Origin: Actinomycetes bacterium | GTDB lineage: Bacteria > Actinomycetota > Acidimicrobiia > Acidimicrobiales > RAAP-2 | Assembly (NCBI GenBank): GCA_021837305.1 | Contig: JAKBGV010000001.1 | Coordinates: 51,129 to 115,128 of the forward strand | Reading direction: 5' to 3' | Length of the DNA stretch: 64,000 nt | Shown here: one piece after another, positions 59,294 through 64,000 of the stretch | How the letters are laid out: every line of letters begins with the position of its first letter | Position numbering within the stretch: the first letter of the stretch is position 1 | Notes under the pieces: generated by a model | What the model saw: the letters and a program-made list of their open reading frames with translations, nothing else | Told to the model about the DNA's origin: nothing | The model's database searches: none | Translations under genes and position numbers: made by a program

Positions 59294-60996
59294 TGGCGGG
59301 GCCGCGCGCGGTTCGTGTGGTGACCGAGGTCGCCGCCGTCGACCGACCCTTTGACTATCTGGTGCCTGATCACCTCGCGTCGCTCCGGCTCGGCGACCGC
59401 GTCCGCGTCGACTTCAACCATCGGAGCGTTCGCGCGTGGGTGGTCGACGAGGCGAGCCCCGCTGCTGATCTCAAACCGATCGCGAAGTGGTTGGGCTTCG
59501 GCCCGCCCGCCGAGATGCTCGAGTTCCTCACCTGGGCGAGTAGTCGCTGGCTGGCGCCACTCGCGCGACTGCTGGTGTCCGCCTCGCCCAAACGGCTGGT
59601 GACCGCGTTGCCGACCGCCCCGGCGAAGGAGGCTCTGAGCACCTCGATCACCGGTCGACTCGACTCGTTCGAGCCTGGCGTCATCCAGCTGGCGCCGACG
59701 ACCGATCCGCTCGGTCTCGTGCTGCACGCCTACGAGTCGACTCGCACGTCGCCCGGCAGCCTGCTCGTGGTGGCCCCGACGGACGCCTGGGCGCGTCGAT
59801 TGCGCGGTCGACTTGAGCAGCGGGGGTGCCACGTCGCGGGTACGGATCAATGGGAACGGATGCGCGCGCAGTGGCCGATCGTGGTCGGCGCGCGCGGCGC
59901 GGCGATGGCACCGGTAGCCCACATCGCTGGCGCAGTCATCCTCGACGTCGACGACGAAGCCCTGCGATCGGAGTCGGTTCCCACGTGGCACGCCTACGAC
60001 GTCCTCGTCGAACGGTGCCGGCGCGAGGGTCGCCCGCTCTGGGCGACGTCGATGTTCCCGAGCCCCCGGTTCATGGTCGGGGGCTGGCACCGCGAGGCGG
60101 GGCTTACCGGTGGATGGCCACGGCTGACCGTGGTCGACCGGCGCGGTGGGGACCCCCACGACGGCCTGCTCGCGCGAGAGTCCCTTGACGCAGTGCATCG
60201 AGCGCTCGCGGGCAGCGACGCGGTGGCGGTCGTCGTCGTGCACCAGCGCCTCGGCCGGGGGCGACTGCTCGCGTGTGCGCAGTGCCACGAGCTCTACCGC
60301 TGCGCGGTGTGCACCCTGGCCGAACAGGAGGTCGACGACCTAGTCGCGTGCGCGAACGGCCACGAGCCGCGAGAGCGGTTCTGCCGGTCATGCGGCTCGA
60401 CCCGGGTCAAGCGGTTGCGCCAAGGCGTCAGCACGGTGCAGCGTGACCTGGAGGCGCAGATCGGACAGCCGGTGAGCGTCGTGACCGCGGCCGATCCGCT
60501 CGATGGGGCACTTGCTCGAGTGGTGGTGGGCACCGAAGCCGTCTTCCAACGTGTCAGGCGCGCCTCACTGGTCGTCATCGACGATTTCGATCAGTATCTC
60601 CTCGCACCGCGCGAGTCGGCCCGCCGCCAGGCGGTGGGCGTGGTCGGACGAGCCGGACGCCTCGTCGGCGCCCGTCGCGATGGGCGCGGCTCGGTGCTCG
60701 CCCAGACTCGCCGTGGCGAGGACCCGGTGCTCCGATCGCTCGAGGAGGGATCCTTTGATGAACTACTCGTGGATGAGTTGGAGACGGCCCGGGTCCTCGG
60801 ATTGGCCCCGTTCGGCGCGGCGGCCACGCTACGCGGGGAGGATGCGGCGGCCTTCGCCGCGGCACTCGACGGTGAACGCGTGCGCGTCAGCTTCGGAGCG
60901 CAGGGTGTAGACGTGCGCGCACGCGACGTCGAGACGTTGCTCGATGCCTTGAGCGGCCCGCCGCGCCCCGCGACGCTGCGCGTCGCCGTCGAGTGA
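59293..60996 (+). CDS. priA: Primosomal protein N' (short, helicase motifs degenerate)
   Basis: DRPFDYLVP 3'-binding domain; Cys cluster CAQC/CAVC/CANGH/CRSC; VVGTE; synteny after metK. Confidence 0.8.
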   Translation: MAGPRAVRVVTEVAAVDRPFDYLVPDHLASLRLGDRVRVDFNHRSVRAWVVDEASPAADLKPIAKWLGFGPPAEMLEFLTWASSRWLAPLARLLVSASPKRLVTALPTAPAKEALSTSITGRLDSFEPGVIQLAPTTDPLGLVLHAYESTRTSPGSLLVVAPTDAWARRLRGRLEQRGCHVAGTDQWERMRAQWPIVVGARGAAMAPVAHIAGAVILDVDDEALRSESVPTWHAYDVLVERCRREGRPLWATSMFPSPRFMVGGWHREAGLTGGWPRLTVVDRRGGDPHDGLLARESLDAVHRALAGSDAVAVVVVHQRLGRGRLLACAQCHELYRCAVCTLAEQEVDDLVACANGHEPRERFCRSCGSTRVKRLRQGVSTVQRDLEAQIGQPVSVVTAADPLDGALARVVVGTEAVFQRVRRASLVVIDDFDQYLLAPRESARRQAVGVVGRAGRLVGARRDGRGSVLAQTRRGEDPVLRSLEEGSFDELLVDELETARVLGLAPFGAAATLRGEDAAAFAAALDGERVRVSFGAQGVDVRARDVETLLDALSGPPRPATLRVAVE

Positions 60997-61013
60997 GCCG
61001 GTAGCCTGGAACG

Positions 61014-61544
61014 GTGAATACGTTGCCCATTCGAGTGTATGGCGACCCCGTTTTGAACCAGGCGACGACGCCGGTCGAGGACATCAACGGCCGGATCGCC
61101 GCCTTGGCTGAGGTCATGATCGAGACGATGTACGAAGCGCCGGGTGCCGGCCTCGCGGCCAATCAGATCGGTGTGCAGAAACGCCTGTTCGTCTACGACC
61201 AGGGCGACGGTCCCGTCGTGGTGGTGAACCCGGTCATCGTCGAGACCGACGGCGAGTGGACCTTCGAAGAGGGTTGTCTCTCGGTTCCCGGGCTCAGTTG
61301 GGAGATAACCCGGCCCAACGCCGTTCACCTGACCGGCTACGACCTCGACGGCAACGAGATCGACATCGAGACCGACGAGTACGAGGGACGAATCTTCCAG
61401 CACGAGATGGACCATCTCGAGGGAATACTGCTCGTCGAGCGGCTCGATGAGGACCAGCGTCGGGAGGCGAAGAAGCTGCTGCGCAAGCGACGCCTCACGC
61501 TCGGCAGTGATCGCGACGGACTCGGTCAGTTGCTCGGCGAGTAG
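61014..61544 (+). CDS. def: Peptide deformylase
   Basis: GAGLAANQIG, EGCLS, QHEMDHL. Confidence 0.97.
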   Translation: MNTLPIRVYGDPVLNQATTPVEDINGRIAALAEVMIETMYEAPGAGLAANQIGVQKRLFVYDQGDGPVVVVNPVIVETDGEWTFEEGCLSVPGLSWEITRPNAVHLTGYDLDGNEIDIETDEYEGRIFQHEMDHLEGILLVERLDEDQRREAKKLLRKRRLTLGSDRDGLGQLLGE

Positions 61545-62423
61545 ATGCGACTCGCCTTCCTCGGGACACCGCCGGCCGCAGTCGTGTCACTGGGAGCGCT
61601 CTGTGATCACGGCTACGACGTCGCCGTCGTGGTCACGCGACCCGACCGTCGTCGCAGCCGCGGCGCTACGGAGTCACCGAGCCCCGTGAAGATCGAGGCC
61701 CAAGCGAGAGGTATCCCGGTCGTACATCGCGTGGCCGACCTGGCGTCCTTTGACGTCGAGCGGGGTGTGGTGGTCGCCTACGGCGCCATGATTCCCGTCT
61801 CGGTGCTCGAACGCGTGCCGATGCTCAATGTCCATTTCTCGCTGCTGCCGCGCTGGCGAGGCGCCGCACCGGTCGAGCGGGCCATCCTCGCCGGGGATCG
61901 CGAGACCGGGGTGGCCATCATGTCCCTCGAAGCGGGGCTCGACACGGGTCCGGTGCATCTGGAGCGGCGCGTGGAGATCGGCGACGCGACGCTGAGTTAC
62001 CTATTGGACCGCCTCGCGAGACTCGGTGCGCAAGCGTTGCTCGACGTGCTCGGCGACCCGACCCTTTTGGATCATCCCGTTGCCCAGTCGGGCGAGGTGA
62101 CCTACGCGACGAAGCTCGACACCGAGACTTTCCACCTCGACGCCGCGAAGTCCGCCGAGGAGAACCTTCGCGTCATCCGCCTCGAACGGGCGTGGGTCAC
62201 GGTCGACGAACGACGGGTACGGCTCATCGGGGCCCACCGGTTCACGGGCGAGACGGCGGTGGGGCCGGGCGCGATCGAACGCCGTGACGGCGGTGTCGTG
62301 CTGGGCGTGCGCGACGGCGCGCTGGTGCTCGACTCGGTACGCCCCGAGGGGAGCCGGACTATGTCGGCCGCTGACTGGTGGCGCGGTCGGGCCGGTTCGG
62401 ATGACGTCGCGCGATGGCGGTGA
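61545..62423 (+). CDS. fmt: Methionyl-tRNA formyltransferase
   Basis: FLGTP, VVAYG, NVHFSLLPRWRGAAPV, GLDTG. Confidence 0.96.
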   Translation: MRLAFLGTPPAAVVSLGALCDHGYDVAVVVTRPDRRRSRGATESPSPVKIEAQARGIPVVHRVADLASFDVERGVVVAYGAMIPVSVLERVPMLNVHFSLLPRWRGAAPVERAILAGDRETGVAIMSLEAGLDTGPVHLERRVEIGDATLSYLLDRLARLGAQALLDVLGDPTLLDHPVAQSGEVTYATKLDTETFHLDAAKSAEENLRVIRLERAWVTVDERRVRLIGAHRFTGETAVGPGAIERRDGGVVLGVRDGALVLDSVRPEGSRTMSAADWWRGRAGSDDVARWR

Positions 62424-62446
62424 CCCAGGTCTCTAGGCTAGGGACC

Positions 62447-63130
62447 ATGACCTCCATCGACGCCGGTCCGACGGGCCGGCTCCGTCTCGCCCCCTCGATC
62501 CTGGCGGCCGATTTCGGCTCACTGGCCGAGCAGGTCCGCGCCATCGACGACGAGACGGACTGGCTCCACGTAGACGTCATGGACGGCCACTTCGTGCCGA
62601 ACGTGTCGATCGGACCGCCGGTCGTGACGTCGCTGCGACGCTACAGCGACCGTTTCTTCGACTGTCACCTGATGATGACCGAACCCGGTCGGTACCTCGA
62701 GGCCTTCAAGGTCGCCGGGGCAGACGGGTGCACGATCCACGTCGAGATCGGCGACACCGCGGCGCTGCTCGCCGAGGCCCGAGCGGTCGGGGTGCGCGTT
62801 GGCCTGGCGGCCAACCCGGACACACCGTTCGCTGCGGTGGCACCCTTTCTCGGCCAGATCGACCTGTTGCTCTTGATGACGGTGTTTCCGGGCTTCGGCG
62901 GGCAATCGTTCATCGGTGAGGTCATGGACAAGGTGATCGAAGCACGGCGCGAGATCGAGACGCAAGGTGTGGCCGTGGACCTCGAGGTCGACGGGGGGAT
63001 TGACGAGCGCACGGCTCCGGTGGCGGTGGCCGCCGGAGCGAACGTGCTCGTGGCCGGCTCGGCGATCTTTTCGCGGCCCGACCCCCTGACGGCCGCCCGA
63101 TCCCTGCGACGGGTGGCGACGGGCACGTGA
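62447..63130 (+). CDS. rpe: Ribulose-phosphate 3-epimerase
   Basis: APSILAADF, HVDVMDGHFVPN, PGFGGQ, VDGGI. Confidence 0.97.
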   Translation: MTSIDAGPTGRLRLAPSILAADFGSLAEQVRAIDDETDWLHVDVMDGHFVPNVSIGPPVVTSLRRYSDRFFDCHLMMTEPGRYLEAFKVAGADGCTIHVEIGDTAALLAEARAVGVRVGLAANPDTPFAAVAPFLGQIDLLLLMTVFPGFGGQSFIGEVMDKVIEARREIETQGVAVDLEVDGGIDERTAPVAVAAGANVLVAGSAIFSRPDPLTAARSLRRVATGT

Positions 63131-64000
63131 TCGACGTCGAAGAGTTCATGACCCGCGCCGTGGCCGAGGGCGAGAAGGCCCGTTACCACGCGCCGCCGAA
63201 CCCCTGGGTCGGTGCGGTGGTGGTCGATGCGCGCGGTCAAATCGTGGGTATCGGGCACACGCAAGTTCCCGGGGACGCCCACGCCGAAGTGGTCGCGTTG
63301 CGCGACGCCGGTGCCAGCGCGCGCGGGGCCACCCTTATCGTGACGCTGGAACCGTGCGGCCACACGGGACGCACGGGGCCGTGCTCGGATGCAATCATCG
63401 AGGCCGGGGTCTCGAGCGTGGTCGTGGGAACACTCGACCCCGACCCTCGCGTGGCCGGTTCCGGGGTGAACGCGTTGCGTGACGCCGGCGTCGAGGTGCG
63501 CGTGGGCGTCGCGGAGTCGGTGGTACGTGAACAGCTGGCGGCCTATCTGTGGCATCGCGAGACCGGGCGTCCCTACGTGGTCTTGAAGGTCGCGGCGACG
63601 CTCGACGGCGTCGTTGCGATGCGCGACGGCTCGAGTCAATGGATTACCGGTGAGGCGGCGCGCCGAGACGCCCATGTCCTACGCGCTCAGAGCCAAGCGA
63701 TCATCGTTGGAGCGGGCACGGTGCGCCGTGACGACCCCCGCTTGACCGCCCGACTCGATGGCGTAGTCCTCGAGCCGTTGCGAGTCGTACTCGGCCACGC
63801 GCCGAGTGACGCGAAGGTACGTCCGTGCTGGGAGCGCTCGGGTGATATCGGCGTTGTGCTCGATGAACTTGGAGCGAACGGCGTCTTGCAAGCACTCGTC
63901 GAGGGCGGGCCGAAGACGGCGAGTGCCTTTCTCGCCGCGGGTGCCGTGAACCGGATCGTCTGGTACGCGGCCCCCGCCCTGGCGGGGTCGACGGGAACGG
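63127..64000 (+). CDS. ribD: Riboflavin biosynthesis deaminase/reductase, runs off the window end
   Basis: Manual translation from GTG 63127: PNPWVGAVV, HAEVVAL, TLEPCGHTGRTGPC, KVAATLDG, SQWITG, VEGG. Confidence 0.95.
   Translation, partial: MIDVEEFMTRAVAEGEKARYHAPPNPWVGAVVVDARGQIVGIGHTQVPGDAHAEVVALRDAGASARGATLIVTLEPCGHTGRTGPCSDAIIEAGVSSVVVGTLDPDPRVAGSGVNALRDAGVEVRVGVAESVVREQLAAYLWHRETGRPYVVLKVAATLDGVVAMRDGSSQWITGEAARRDAHVLRAQSQAIIVGAGTVRRDDPRLTARLDGVVLEPLRVVLGHAPSDAKVRPCWERSGDIGVVLDELGANGVLQALVEGGPKTASAFLAAGAVNRIVWYAAPALAGSTGT

Noticed and set aside
1-64000. tRNA or rRNA genes
   Set aside because: No cloverleaf or rRNA-like segment was recognised in the short intergenic regions; a covariance search would be needed to exclude them formally.

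Overview
High-GC actinobacterial chromosome segment; gene content and order suggest Acidimicrobiia (inference). The backbone is housekeeping: a partial sigma-70 factor, an Rrf2 regulator, bpa, dnaE, a sugar ABC transporter, menaquinone genes (menE, B, A, H, D), ccdA, tyrS, an NfuA-like gene, aroCKBQ, efp-nusB, and pyrR-B-C-carAB-pyrD-F-mIHF-gmk-rpoZ-coaBC-metK-priA-def-fmt-rpe-ribD. Two accessory blocks interrupt this conserved order. (1) Between aroQ and efp (28749-35012) is a mobile-element nest that can be peeled back to a single TGA target. It holds a TIR element with a DUF6788-like gene plus a DDE transposase, and an IS5-type element carrying a GNAT gene. Inside the IS5 element sits a tnpB-only (IS607-like) element, and inside that element's left end sits an IS110 with a predicted bridge-RNA locus, a circle-junction promoter and a frameshifted C-terminal HTH. 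(2) Between nusB and pyrR (36040-46555) is a copper-rich respiratory island. It encodes an atypical membrane-anchored cupredoxin co-transcribed with a heme-copper oxidase whose D- and K-channel residues are substituted, an unannotated 37-aa membrane microprotein, two SCO proteins, two CtaG-like proteins and two 'mini-SURF1'-like proteins. This island is a candidate cytochrome-c-independent electron-uptake (possibly Fe(II)-oxidation) module. All assignments come from reading motifs by eye; no database searches were run.
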